In this document: piece after piece, positions 17,996 to 26,932 of the stretch
How positions within the stretch are numbered: the stretch's first letter is position 1
Layout: the number at the start of each line of letters is the position of its first letter
From: an uncultured Gemmatimonadales bacterium
GTDB taxonomy: Bacteria; Gemmatimonadota; Gemmatimonadetes; Longimicrobiales; Longimicrobiaceae
Assembly (NCBI GenBank): GCA_963716255.1
Contig: OY970303.1
Coordinates: 2,880,001-2,944,000, forward strand
Direction of reading: 5' to 3'
Length of the DNA: 64,000 nt
The notes under the pieces: model-generated
What the model saw: only the letters and a program-made list of their open reading frames with translations
What the model was told of the DNA's origin: nothing
Database searches by the model: none
Program-made: the position numbers and the translations under genes

Positions 17996-18755
17996 CTACG
18001 TGGATGCCCCGGCCTCCGTGCCGGCCGAGGACACCCTGAACCCCTGGTCCATGGAAATGGCGCTCCCCTCCGCCGGGCCGATGTCCTCCTCGCCGCCGGG
18101 GTACAAGAACGAGTCGCGCGGCGCGTAGAACGACGAGCCCGCCACCACCTGGAGCGGCGAGGCCGGCCGCAGCGCGTACACCGGGTGGTCCGGCGCCAGG
18201 AACTCCATGGACTGCACCTGGAAGGTGCTCACCAGCTCGCCCACGTACGGGTAGTTGCCGGCCACCAGCCGGTTCCCCACGCGGGTGATGTAGCGCAGGT
18301 GGCCGCCCAGGACGACGTCGGCCACGTCGCCCACGCGGGCGCGGGTGCGGATCACGGGCGTCCCGTCCACCGAGGTGGTCGCCGTCGCCACGCCGCCCTC
18401 CACCTCCAGCGTGGTGGAGCCGGGGGCCGCCGGCACCCCGCGCTCCGCCGCGTACTCCCGCATCCCCTCCGACGAGTTGAAGTAGTGGGTGAAGAAGCGC
18501 GCCGGGGTCACCCCGTCCGGGGCGAACAGGCCGCCCACGTCCAGCCCCAGGTAGGTGAGCGAAGTAAGCCCCGAACCCGGTGGTCTGCTGCGCCCGGTCC
18601 ACCACGTACTGGTTCATGTACACCGCGTGGCTGGCCGCCGGCTTCAGCGCCCGCGGCAGGAGCCGCGCGCACGCCTGCGGGTCCGCGGGGATCCAGCTCG
18701 TGTACAGCTTGCGGCTGTCGAGCACCAGCTGGGGTGCGGGGAGCTTGCTCGCCAT
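17996..18755 (-). pseudogene. Acetoacetate-decarboxylase-like fold protein, frameshifted near 18563 (pseudogene or sequencing error)
   Basis: N-terminal frame (PADPQACARLLPRALKP...GFGAY) continues in another frame (SLTYLGLDVGG...); removing one T restores GFGAYSLTYLG. Confidence 0.55.
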
Positions 18756-19086
18756 GGGCGGTCTCTTTATTCCCGGGGGGGGGCGCCCCGCCGCGTGCGC
18801 GGCGTTCGGCCGGGGAGGGCGGGCCGCGCCCGCGAGCGCGGCTGACCTACGGTGCACGCCGGACGATGCTGTCGCAAGAACGTCGTGCGCCGCCGTGCGG
18901 GAGCGGCCGAAAACCGCGCCGGGCGGGCCCGCCGGACACCGATCCTGTCGTGCTCCGTGCGGCCCGCGTGTCCGCCTTCGGGCACCGCGTGCGCATATTG
19001 GGGAACATCGTCAGCACACGGTGGATCACCCGGACCGGCGCCGCACCGCGCGGCGCCCGTCCCACTGCACGGGAGCGGAGGACTCG

Positions 19087-20673
19087 ATGCGAGCTGCGGC
19101 GTGGATGCGGGGGAGGACGGCGGGGTGGGTGCTGCTCGCGGCGCTGGCCTTGGCGGGGGCGGCACAGGCACAGGCGCGGCCCAACATCGTCTTCCTGCTG
19201 GCGGACGACCACGCCGCGCACGCCCTGTCCGCGTACCGCGCGCACCTGGCGTACGGGGCCCGCCTCCCCGACACCCCCAACCTGGACCGGCTCGCCGCCT
19301 CCGGGATGCTGTTCACCCACGCCTTCGTCACCAACTCCATCTGCGGACCCAGCCGCGCCGCGCTGCTCACCGGGCAGTACGGGCACATCAACGGCGTCGT
19401 CACCAACGCCGAGCCGCTGCACCCCAGCGCCGTCACCTTCCCCCGGCTGCTGCGCCGGGGCGGCTACGAGACCGCCGTCTTCGGCAAGTGGCACCTCCAC
19501 GACCCGCCCGACCCGGAGGCCTATGACCACTACGAGCTGCTGGTGGGCCAGGGGCCGTACTACAACCCCGTGCTGCACTCCGCCACGGACACCGTGCGCT
19601 ACACCGGCTACACCAACGAGGTGGTCACCGACCGCGCGCTGGGGTGGCTGGCCGGGCGGCGCGACCCGCGGAAGCCCTTTCTGCTGATGCTGCACTTCAA
19701 CGCCCCGCACCGCTACTGGGACCCGGGGCCCGACCAGCTGGCCCTCTTCCGCGACACCGTGTTCGCCGAGCCCGCCACCTTCTGGGACGACGGCTCCGGG
19801 CGCGCCTTTCCCACGCGCGACGCCGAGATGACCATCGCCCGCGACCTGTTCGACCGCGACCTCAAGCTGGAGGCGCCGGAGGGGCTCACCCCGGAGCAGC
19901 GCGCCGCCTGGGACCGAGCCTACGGGCCCGAGAACGAAGCGTTCCGCGCCGCCGGCCTGGCCGGCGACGCCGCGACGCGCTGGAAGTACCAGCGCTACAT
20001 CCGCGACTACATGCGGGCGGTGATGGCGCTGGACGCAGCCGTGGGCCGCGTGCTCGCCGAGCTCGACCGGCTGGGGCTGGCCGCGAGCACCGCCGTCGTC
20101 TACACCTCCGACCAGGGCTTCTTCCTGGGCGACCACGGCTGGTTCGACAAGCGCTGGATGTACGAGGAGTCGCTGCGCACCCCGCTGCTGGTGCGCTGGC
20201 CCGGCGTGGTGGAGCCCGGCTCCGTGCGCGGCGACCTGGCCATGAACCTGGACCTCGCCCAGACGCTCCTGGAGATGGGCGGCGTGCCGGCCCCCGCCAC
20301 CATGCAGGGGAGCAGCCTGGTGCCGCTGCTGCGCGGGCGGACGCCGGCCGGGTGGCGCGACGCCGTCTACTACCAGTACTTCGCCTACCCGGACTGGCAC
20401 ATGGTGCAGCGGCAGTACGGGGTGCGGACGCGCCGGTACAAGCTGATCCACTACTACGAGGCCGGGAAGTGGGAGCTGTTCGACCTGGCGCGCGACCCCG
20501 AGGAGATGCGCAGCGTGTACGGCGACCCGCAGTACGCGTCCGTGGTGCGTGACTTGGAGGGGAAGCTGCGGGCGCTGCGGCGGCAGTACGCCGTGCCGGA
20601 GCGGGACACCGTGCCGCACGTGCCGTTCGTCGCGCCACCCGGGCTGCGGCGGACGGAGGCCGGGCTGTACTGA
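19087..20673 (+). CDS. Secreted Cys-type sulfatase
   Basis: Signal peptide; PNIVFLLADDH, CGPSRAALLTG (CxPxR), FGKWHL, SDQG..LGDHG.FDKR. Confidence 0.92.
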   Translation: MRAAAWMRGRTAGWVLLAALALAGAAQAQARPNIVFLLADDHAAHALSAYRAHLAYGARLPDTPNLDRLAASGMLFTHAFVTNSICGPSRAALLTGQYGHINGVVTNAEPLHPSAVTFPRLLRRGGYETAVFGKWHLHDPPDPEAYDHYELLVGQGPYYNPVLHSATDTVRYTGYTNEVVTDRALGWLAGRRDPRKPFLLMLHFNAPHRYWDPGPDQLALFRDTVFAEPATFWDDGSGRAFPTRDAEMTIARDLFDRDLKLEAPEGLTPEQRAAWDRAYGPENEAFRAAGLAGDAATRWKYQRYIRDYMRAVMALDAAVGRVLAELDRLGLAASTAVVYTSDQGFFLGDHGWFDKRWMYEESLRTPLLVRWPGVVEPGSVRGDLAMNLDLAQTLLEMGGVPAPATMQGSSLVPLLRGRTPAGWRDAVYYQYFAYPDWHMVQRQYGVRTRRYKLIHYYEAGKWELFDLARDPEEMRSVYGDPQYASVVRDLEGKLRALRRQYAVPERDTVPHVPFVAPPGLRRTEAGLY

Positions 20674-20693
20674 ACTGCTTGAACAGCAGGTTC

Positions 20694-20824
20694 GGGCGTG
20701 TCCCCGGCTGGCGCCGGGGTCGGGCTTCGGCTCCGTAGAGCAGCAAACAACGCTGCTCAACGGAGTCGAGCCCCCGCGAAACTGCCCGCGGGGTCTCGCC
20801 CCTTCGGGCCGAAATCCCTCACGC
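20694..20824 (+). repeat. Family-1 structured repeat, copy 5
   Basis: Consensus match. Confidence 0.9.
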
Positions 20825-21021
20825 AGCTGCCTGCGCGTTCTCAGCGTCCAGCGGTTGTCCCCTCCCCCGCAAGCGGGAGATGGGGGGCGCACCTCCACCT
20901 CGGGTGCCGCAGGCCTCCGGAGCACGGGTGGGTTGACGGCTCCACGCGGCGCGGGCACTATGCATCTGGTCCCCGGTCGCGGCTCCACCGGCACTCCTCG
21001 CGCGCGTTCCCGGTCGCACCC

Positions 21022-21426
21022 ATGAGAACCCACCCCATCCTCCTGCTCGCGCTCCCGCTGCTCCTCGCCGGCTGCGCCTCCGGCGGCGGCGGCGAGTCCG
21101 CCACGGCCACGGCGCCGCCGCCGCGCGCCAGCAGCAGCACCATCACCAACGAGGAGATCCTGGAGGCCCGCCTCCCGGACGCCTACGCCATCGTGCAGCG
21201 CCTGCGTCCCAACTGGCTGCGGCGCCGCGGGATGGACGTGCCTCGCGCGGCGCAGGACGTCATGGTCTACTTCGACGCGACACCGCGGGGCTACGCGCCC
21301 GTCCTCCGGAACATCCGCGCCGCCAACATCTACGAGATCCGCTACCTGGACCCGCTCGCCGCGAAGGCCCGCTACGGCCCCGGCCACGACCACGGCGTCA
21401 TCATCGTGCTCCCCGGACCGGGCTGA
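21022..21426 (+). CDS. Small lipoprotein resembling a stand-alone TonB-receptor plug domain
   Basis: Lipobox LAGC; 'ITNEEI...AYAIVQRLRP...VYFD...NIYEIRYL...RYG...GVIIV' plug-like pattern. Confidence 0.6.
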   Translation: MRTHPILLLALPLLLAGCASGGGGESATATAPPPRASSSTITNEEILEARLPDAYAIVQRLRPNWLRRRGMDVPRAAQDVMVYFDATPRGYAPVLRNIRAANIYEIRYLDPLAAKARYGPGHDHGVIIVLPGPG

Positions 21427-21586
21427 GCCCCTTCCTGGCGCGGCACCGCCGGGCGCGCGGGGTGGGGCCGGAGCCGTCGGCCCGGGTTGCTCGCCGAGGT
21501 CTACGTGGCGGCCTCGGCGGTCGCGCTGCTCGGGTTTCCGTGGCTCACCTGACGGTCGAAAGCGGATTTCACATGTGAGCCGAGCA

Positions 21587-21644
21587 TTGACAGCCAGATT
21601 CGCGCAGCCGATACTTGTACAGGATATCTGTACAAAATTGTACG
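21587..21644 (+). promoter_or_regulatory. Sigma70 promoter and TGTACA-core operator of the yefM-yoeB-like operon
   Basis: TTGACA(21587)-17 bp-GATACT(21610); TGTACA at 21616 and 21629, TGTACG at 21639. Confidence 0.75.
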
Positions 21645-21675
21645 CATCAAAGGGACCCGAGACTCGAAAGGTCAC

Positions 21676-21957
21676 ATGACCACGGTGACGTACAGCGCCG
21701 CGCGGGAGAAGCTGGCAGAGATCTGGGACCAGGTCGAGGACAGCCGAGAGGAAGTAATCCTTCGCCGTCGCGGCCACGAGGATCTAGCACTGCTCCCGGC
21801 GCACGAGCTCCGCAGCCTCAAGGAAACGGCCCACCTGCTCCGCTCCCCCCGTAATGCACTGCGCCTGCTCCAGGCGCTGGCCCGGTCCCGCGGCGAGGGT
21901 GGCATGGAGTTCGATACGATCGAGGCGCTCGCCGCCGAAATCGGCCTGAACGGGTAG
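21676..21957 (+). CDS. yefM: Phd/YefM antitoxin
   Basis: TYSAAREKLA...V.....EVILRRRG....ETAHLLRSPRNA.RL. Confidence 0.9.
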   Translation: MTTVTYSAAREKLAEIWDQVEDSREEVILRRRGHEDLALLPAHELRSLKETAHLLRSPRNALRLLQALARSRGEGGMEFDTIEALAAEIGLNG

Positions 21958-21960
21958 ACC

Positions 21961-22263
21961 ATGGCGAAAGCCAGGAGTGTGGAGGGTGGCGGCGGGACGC
22001 CCGAGCGTCGAACGATTCAGTTGCAGCCCGAAGCCCTGGCCGACCTGAAGTATTGGGTCCAGCAGGACCGGCGGATCGCGACAAAGGCGCTCGACCTGAT
22101 CGAAGCGGCGCGAAGGGATCCATTCGCCGGGCTGGGGAAGCCGGAGCCGCTGAGGAATCTCGGGCCCGATGTGTGGAGCCGGCGCATTACGCAGGAAGAT
22201 CGGCTCGTCTATCGGGTGACGGACACCCACATCGACGTACTTCAGGCGCGATACCACTACTGA
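21961..22263 (+). CDS. yoeB: Txe/YoeB toxin
   Basis: DLKYW...DPFAGLGKPEPL....WSRRITQEDRLVY.....QARYHY. Confidence 0.92.
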   Translation: MAKARSVEGGGGTPERRTIQLQPEALADLKYWVQQDRRIATKALDLIEAARRDPFAGLGKPEPLRNLGPDVWSRRITQEDRLVYRVTDTHIDVLQARYHY

Positions 22264-22305
22264 CGCGCGCTGCCTCTCCTGCCGCCGCGCCTTTGCATCC
22301 CCCGC

Positions 22306-23805
22306 TCACCCAGCCCACCCCGGCACCACCCCGATGCGGATCCCGAACGCCCACAGCAGCGTCGTGTAGGCCACCGCCAGGATCGCCGCCACGCACAGCA
22401 CGTCCAGCCACGCCCCGGCGCGCGCCATCTGCGGCACGGACACGTGGCCGGTGCCGTAGGCGATCGCGTTGGGCGGCGTCGCCACCGGGAGCATGAACCC
22501 GCAGCTGGCCGCCAGCGCCGCCGGGATCACCAGCAGCAGCGGGTTCTCCCCGATCCCCAGCGCCAGCGAGCCCACCACCGGCAGCAGCGCGGCGGCCACC
22601 GCCGTGTTGCTCGCCACCTCGCTCAGCAGCACGATCACCGCGCACACCACGGCCACCACCACCGGCAGCGGCAGCGCCGCCACCCCCTGGAGCCCCGCGC
22701 CGATCCACTTCGCCACTCCGGTCTGCGTGAGCGCGTCGGCAAGGCTCAGCCCCCCGCCGAAGAGCAGCAGCACCTCCCAGGGGAGCCGCGCGAACACGCC
22801 GCCGTCCAGCACGAACCCGCCCCGCCCGCGCCCGGACGGCAGCACGAACAGCAGCAGCGCCGCCCCCATCCCGATCCCCGCGTCCGAGAGCACCCCCTCC
22901 GGCACCCACCGCAGGAACGGGTGCACCACCCACAGCACCGCCGCCGCGCCGAACACCACGAGCACCATCCACTCCGGGCGCGACATGGGGCCCAGCTTCG
23001 CGATCTCCCGGTCGATCAGCTCCCGCCCGCCGGGGATCTCCCGCGCGCGGATGCGGAACACGCCGCGCACCAGCAGCAGCCAGGTGAGCGGCAACACCAG
23101 CAGCATCAGCGGCACCCCCACCAGCATCCACTGCCCGAAGCCCACCTCGTAGCCGTACGTCTCGCGCACGAAGCCGGCGAGGAGCGCGTTGGGCGGCGTG
23201 CCGATGAGCGTGGCGAACCCGCCGATGCTGGCCGCGTACGCGATCCCCAGCATCAGCGCCGCCGCGAAGGCGCGCTCCTCCTCCCCCGCCTCGCCCTCGC
23301 GCGGCAGCACCAGCTCCGTCACCGAGATGCCGATGGGGAGCATCATCACCGCCGTGGCCGTGTTGCTCACCCACATGCTGATGAGCGCGGTGGCGGCCAT
23401 GAACCCGCCCACCAGCCGCGCGGGGCTCGTCCCCACCCTGCCCACCACGTTCAGCGCGATGCGGCGGTGCAGGCTCCAGCGCTGCATCGCCAGCGCCAGC
23501 AGGAACCCGCCCATGAACAGGAAGATCAGCGGGTTGGCGTACGGCGCCGCCGCCGCCTCGATCTTCGCGACGCCCAGCAGCGGAAAGAGCGGCAGGGGGA
23601 GGAGCGCCGTCGCCGCGATGGGGACGGCCTCGGTGACCCACCACGCCGCCATGAGCGCACCCACCGCCGCGGCGCGCCACCCCGCGGCGGAAAGCCCGTC
23701 CGGGACGGGAGCGAGGAGCATGGCGGCGAAGAGGAGCGGGCCGAGCAGCAGGCCGACGCGCGGGCGGAGCCCGGACGCGGCCCCTTCGGAGGGAGGGGTG
23801 TCCAT
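22306..23805 (-). CDS. SLC13/DASS family sodium:dicarboxylate/sulfate symporter
   Basis: WWVTEAVP, SMWVSNTAT, GTPPN, SNTA, FMLPVATPPNAI; alternative GTG start at 23814. Confidence 0.9.
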   Translation of the reverse strand: MDTPPSEGAASGLRPRVGLLLGPLLFAAMLLAPVPDGLSAAGWRAAAVGALMAAWWVTEAVPIAATALLPLPLFPLLGVAKIEAAAAPYANPLIFLFMGGFLLALAMQRWSLHRRIALNVVGRVGTSPARLVGGFMAATALISMWVSNTATAVMMLPIGISVTELVLPREGEAGEEERAFAAALMLGIAYAASIGGFATLIGTPPNALLAGFVRETYGYEVGFGQWMLVGVPLMLLVLPLTWLLLVRGVFRIRAREIPGGRELIDREIAKLGPMSRPEWMVLVVFGAAAVLWVVHPFLRWVPEGVLSDAGIGMGAALLLFVLPSGRGRGGFVLDGGVFARLPWEVLLLFGGGLSLADALTQTGVAKWIGAGLQGVAALPLPVVVAVVCAVIVLLSEVASNTAVAAALLPVVGSLALGIGENPLLLVIPAALAASCGFMLPVATPPNAIAYGTGHVSVPQMARAGAWLDVLCVAAILAVAYTTLLWAFGIRIGVVPGWAG

Positions 23806-24016
23806 GCCGGACACGATAGCGCGCCCTCTGCGGCCCGGCCAGGGAGCCGGGTGGGGGTGGTACCCCGCCGGTAAACATCGAGGGCGGCGGGCCGGGAAGT
23901 TGCTACAGTTCTTTACACCCGGGGGCCGAAATCCCCGGGCTCCCTGTCAAAACCTCCCCCGCGGCCCGTCCCGGGCCTCGCATTCCGCACGGCTCTCCCG
24001 CCTTTCGCCACACCTC

Positions 24017-26659
24017 ATGGCCGAGATCCTCCAGCTCTTCCCCGCGCAGCGCGGGCTCGCCCCGGTCCGGGACCGGGCCGAAGACCGCGACGCCCCCGCC
24101 GCCGACCGCGTGGGCACGGTGCCGGCGCTGCGCGTCGTCCGCGGCGCGGCGGCGCGCGACCCGGAGCGCGCCCGCATGGTGCGCGAGCTGGAGGCGGCCG
24201 ACCCCGCGGGCGACGCCACGCTGGCGCGGCAGGCCGCGCTCGCGGCGCGGGTGCTGGACGCCCCCTTCGCACTGGTGTCGCTCGCGGACGGGGAGCGGCA
24301 CCTGCTGCTGTCCGGCGTGGGGCTGCCGGAGGCGTGGGCCGCCGCGCGGGAGTGGCCCGCGGAGTGGGGGATCTGCCCTCTGGCGGCGGAGGCGGGGGGC
24401 GAGCTGACGCTGGAGGACGTGCGGCGGCACCGGCGCGCGCGGGAAACGAGGGTGGCGCGGGAGCTGAGGGTGCTGGCGTACGCGGCCGTCCCCCTGCGCG
24501 CACCGTGCGGGACCGTGGTGGGATGCGTGTGCGTCATGGACGTCGTCCCGCGCCCCTGGGACGCCGAAGAGCTGGAGCTGCTGGAGGGGGTGGCCGCGGG
24601 GGTGGAGGCGGAGCTGGCGCGCCGCCTGGCCCTGGCGGAGCGGGGCCGCGCCGCCGAGGCGCTCGCGCAGCAGGAGGCACACCACCGCTCGCTGCTGGAG
24701 CACACCCTGGAGCTGATCCTGGTGGTGGACGCCGTCGGCAGGGTGCGCTCCGTGACCCCCTCCGCCGCGCGGGCGCTGGGCTTCGCGCCGGAGGAGCTGG
24801 TGGGGCGCAGCGCCCTCAGGCGGGTGCACCCGGACGACCGCCGCCACGTGGGCGCGACGCTCTACACGCAGGCCAGCGCGGGCGGGCGGCCCCTGGAATA
24901 CCGCGTGCGCCACCGCGACGGCTCGTGGCGGCTCTTCGAGGGGATCGGACGCGACCTGCGCCACGACCCCGCCGTGGCCGGCATCGTGGTCAACGCCCGC
25001 GACGTCACCGACCGGCGTCGCGTGGAGGAGGAGATCCTTCACCTGGCCGCCTTCCCCCGCAACAACCCCAACCCCATCCTGGAGTGCGGCCCCGAGGGGG
25101 CCCCGCTGTACGTGAACCCCGCCGCCGAGCGGCTGCTGCGCGAGCTGGGGTTCGCGGAGCCCGCGGCCTTTCTCCCGCCGGCGCACGCGGAGCTGGTGCG
25201 CGGCTGCCTGGAGCGCGGCGAGGGCGTGCGCGAGGTGGAGGTGCGGGTGGGGGCGCGCGTGCTGTCGTGGACGTACCAGCCCGACCTGCCGGTGGAGACC
25301 GTGCACCTGTTCGCGGAGGAGGTCACCGAGCGCAAGCGGGTGGAGGAGCGGCTGCTGCACGACGCGCTGCACGACGTCCTCACCGGGCTCCCCAACCGGC
25401 TGTTCTTCATGGAGCGGCTGGCGCAGGCCATGGCGCGCGCGAAGCGGCACTCCGAGCAGACCTTCGCCGTGCTGTTCATGGACCTGGACCGCTTCAAGCT
25501 GGTCAACGACTCGCTGGGGCACCCGGCCGGCGACGAGCTGCTGGGCGGCGTCGCGCGGAGACTGCTGGGGTGCCTGCGCCCCTCGGACACGGTGGCGCGC
25601 TTCGGCGGGGACGAGTTCGCGGTGCTGCTGGAGGACCTCAAGGGCCCGGCCGGAGCCACCCGCGTGGCCGAGCGCATCCAGGGCGCCGTGGCCACCCCGT
25701 TCTCGCTGGGCGGGCACGAGGTGTTCACCGGGGCCAGCATCGGCATCGCGCTTCCCTCGGGGCTGGAGGAGACGCCCGAGGAGCTGCTCCAGAACGCGGA
25801 CACCGCCATGTACCGCGCCAAGGCGTCGCGCGACTCGCGCTGCGAGGTGTTCGACTGGGGGATGCACGCCGAGCTGCTGGAGCGCCTGCAGACGGAGATG
25901 GGGCTGCGCCGCGCCGTGGACCGCGGCGAGTTCCGGCTCCACTACCAGCCCATCGTGTCGCTGCGTACCGGCCGCATCGCCGGCTTCGAGGCGCTGCTGC
26001 GCTGGGAGCACCCGGAGCGCGGCCTGGTGGCCCCCGCCGCCTTCATGGAGGTGGCCGAGGAGACCGGCCTGATCCTCCCCATGGGCCGCTGGGTGCTCGC
26101 GGAGGCCTGCCGCGCCCTGCGGGGGTGGCAGGCGGAGTTCCCCGGCGTCCCGCTCTCGGTGAGCGTCAACCTTTCCGTGCGCCAGCTGCGCCAGGAAGGG
26201 CTCGCCGACGAGGTGCGCGCCATCCTGGAGGAGACCGGCGTGGACGCGCGCTCGCTGAAGCTGGAGATCACCGAGAGCGTGATCATGGAAAAGGCGGAGG
26301 CCGCCACCGCCACGCTGGAAGCGCTGCGCGCCCTGGGCGTGCATCTCCACATGGACGATTTCGGCACCGGCTACTCGTCGCTCAGCTACCTGCACCGCCT
26401 GCCGCTGCACGCCCTCAAGGTGGACCGCTCCTTCGTGGGCCGCATGGACGCCGACTTCCGCACCGGGCAGCTGGTGCGCACCATCATCCCGCTGGCACAC
26501 ACGCTGGGCCTGGCCGTGGTCGCGGAGGGGGTGGAGACCGCCTCCGCCCTGGGGATCCTCCGTGGCCTGCGCTGCGAGTACGCCCAGGGCTACTACTTTT
26601 CCCTGCCGCTGGAAGCGGCGGGCGTGCACGCCCTGCTCGCCTCGGACCCGCGGTGGTAG
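24017..26659 (+). CDS. GAF-PAS-PAS-GGDEF-EAL c-di-GMP enzyme
   Basis: GAF region, HPDD PAS, HDVLTGLPNR, FGGDEF, EALLRW, DDFGTGYSS. Confidence 0.9.
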   Translation: MAEILQLFPAQRGLAPVRDRAEDRDAPAADRVGTVPALRVVRGAAARDPERARMVRELEAADPAGDATLARQAALAARVLDAPFALVSLADGERHLLLSGVGLPEAWAAAREWPAEWGICPLAAEAGGELTLEDVRRHRRARETRVARELRVLAYAAVPLRAPCGTVVGCVCVMDVVPRPWDAEELELLEGVAAGVEAELARRLALAERGRAAEALAQQEAHHRSLLEHTLELILVVDAVGRVRSVTPSAARALGFAPEELVGRSALRRVHPDDRRHVGATLYTQASAGGRPLEYRVRHRDGSWRLFEGIGRDLRHDPAVAGIVVNARDVTDRRRVEEEILHLAAFPRNNPNPILECGPEGAPLYVNPAAERLLRELGFAEPAAFLPPAHAELVRGCLERGEGVREVEVRVGARVLSWTYQPDLPVETVHLFAEEVTERKRVEERLLHDALHDVLTGLPNRLFFMERLAQAMARAKRHSEQTFAVLFMDLDRFKLVNDSLGHPAGDELLGGVARRLLGCLRPSDTVARFGGDEFAVLLEDLKGPAGATRVAERIQGAVATPFSLGGHEVFTGASIGIALPSGLEETPEELLQNADTAMYRAKASRDSRCEVFDWGMHAELLERLQTEMGLRRAVDRGEFRLHYQPIVSLRTGRIAGFEALLRWEHPERGLVAPAAFMEVAEETGLILPMGRWVLAEACRALRGWQAEFPGVPLSVSVNLSVRQLRQEGLADEVRAILEETGVDARSLKLEITESVIMEKAEAATATLEALRALGVHLHMDDFGTGYSSLSYLHRLPLHALKVDRSFVGRMDADFRTGQLVRTIIPLAHTLGLAVVAEGVETASALGILRGLRCEYAQGYYFSLPLEAAGVHALLASDPRW

Positions 26660-26689
26660 CCGCCGCCGCCGGGACCCACGCCGGAGCCC

Positions 26690-26816
26690 GCGTGAGGGAT
26701 TTCGGCCCGCAGGGGCGAGACCCGGCGGCTGTTTGCCGGGGCTCGACTCCGTTACGCACAGTTTTATCGTGCGTTACGGAGCCGAAGCCCGACCCCGCGC
26801 CAGCGGGGGCACGCCC
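26690..26816 (-). repeat. Family-1 structured repeat, copy 6
   Basis: Reverse-complement consensus match. Confidence 0.9.
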
Positions 26817-26932
26817 GAATCAGCCCCTCCCGCTTTTGAGTTCAAGCCGTACAAACTTGAACTTTCACGATCGGGAACGTATGCTGAGTGGACACGTATT
26901 CCCACCATGTCCGTAGACACCCGCCCCCCCAC

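Noticed and set aside
23189..24016. N-terminal 276-aa extension of the first GGDEF-EAL ORF
   Set aside because: Antisense to the DASS transporter; the credible start is ATG 24017.
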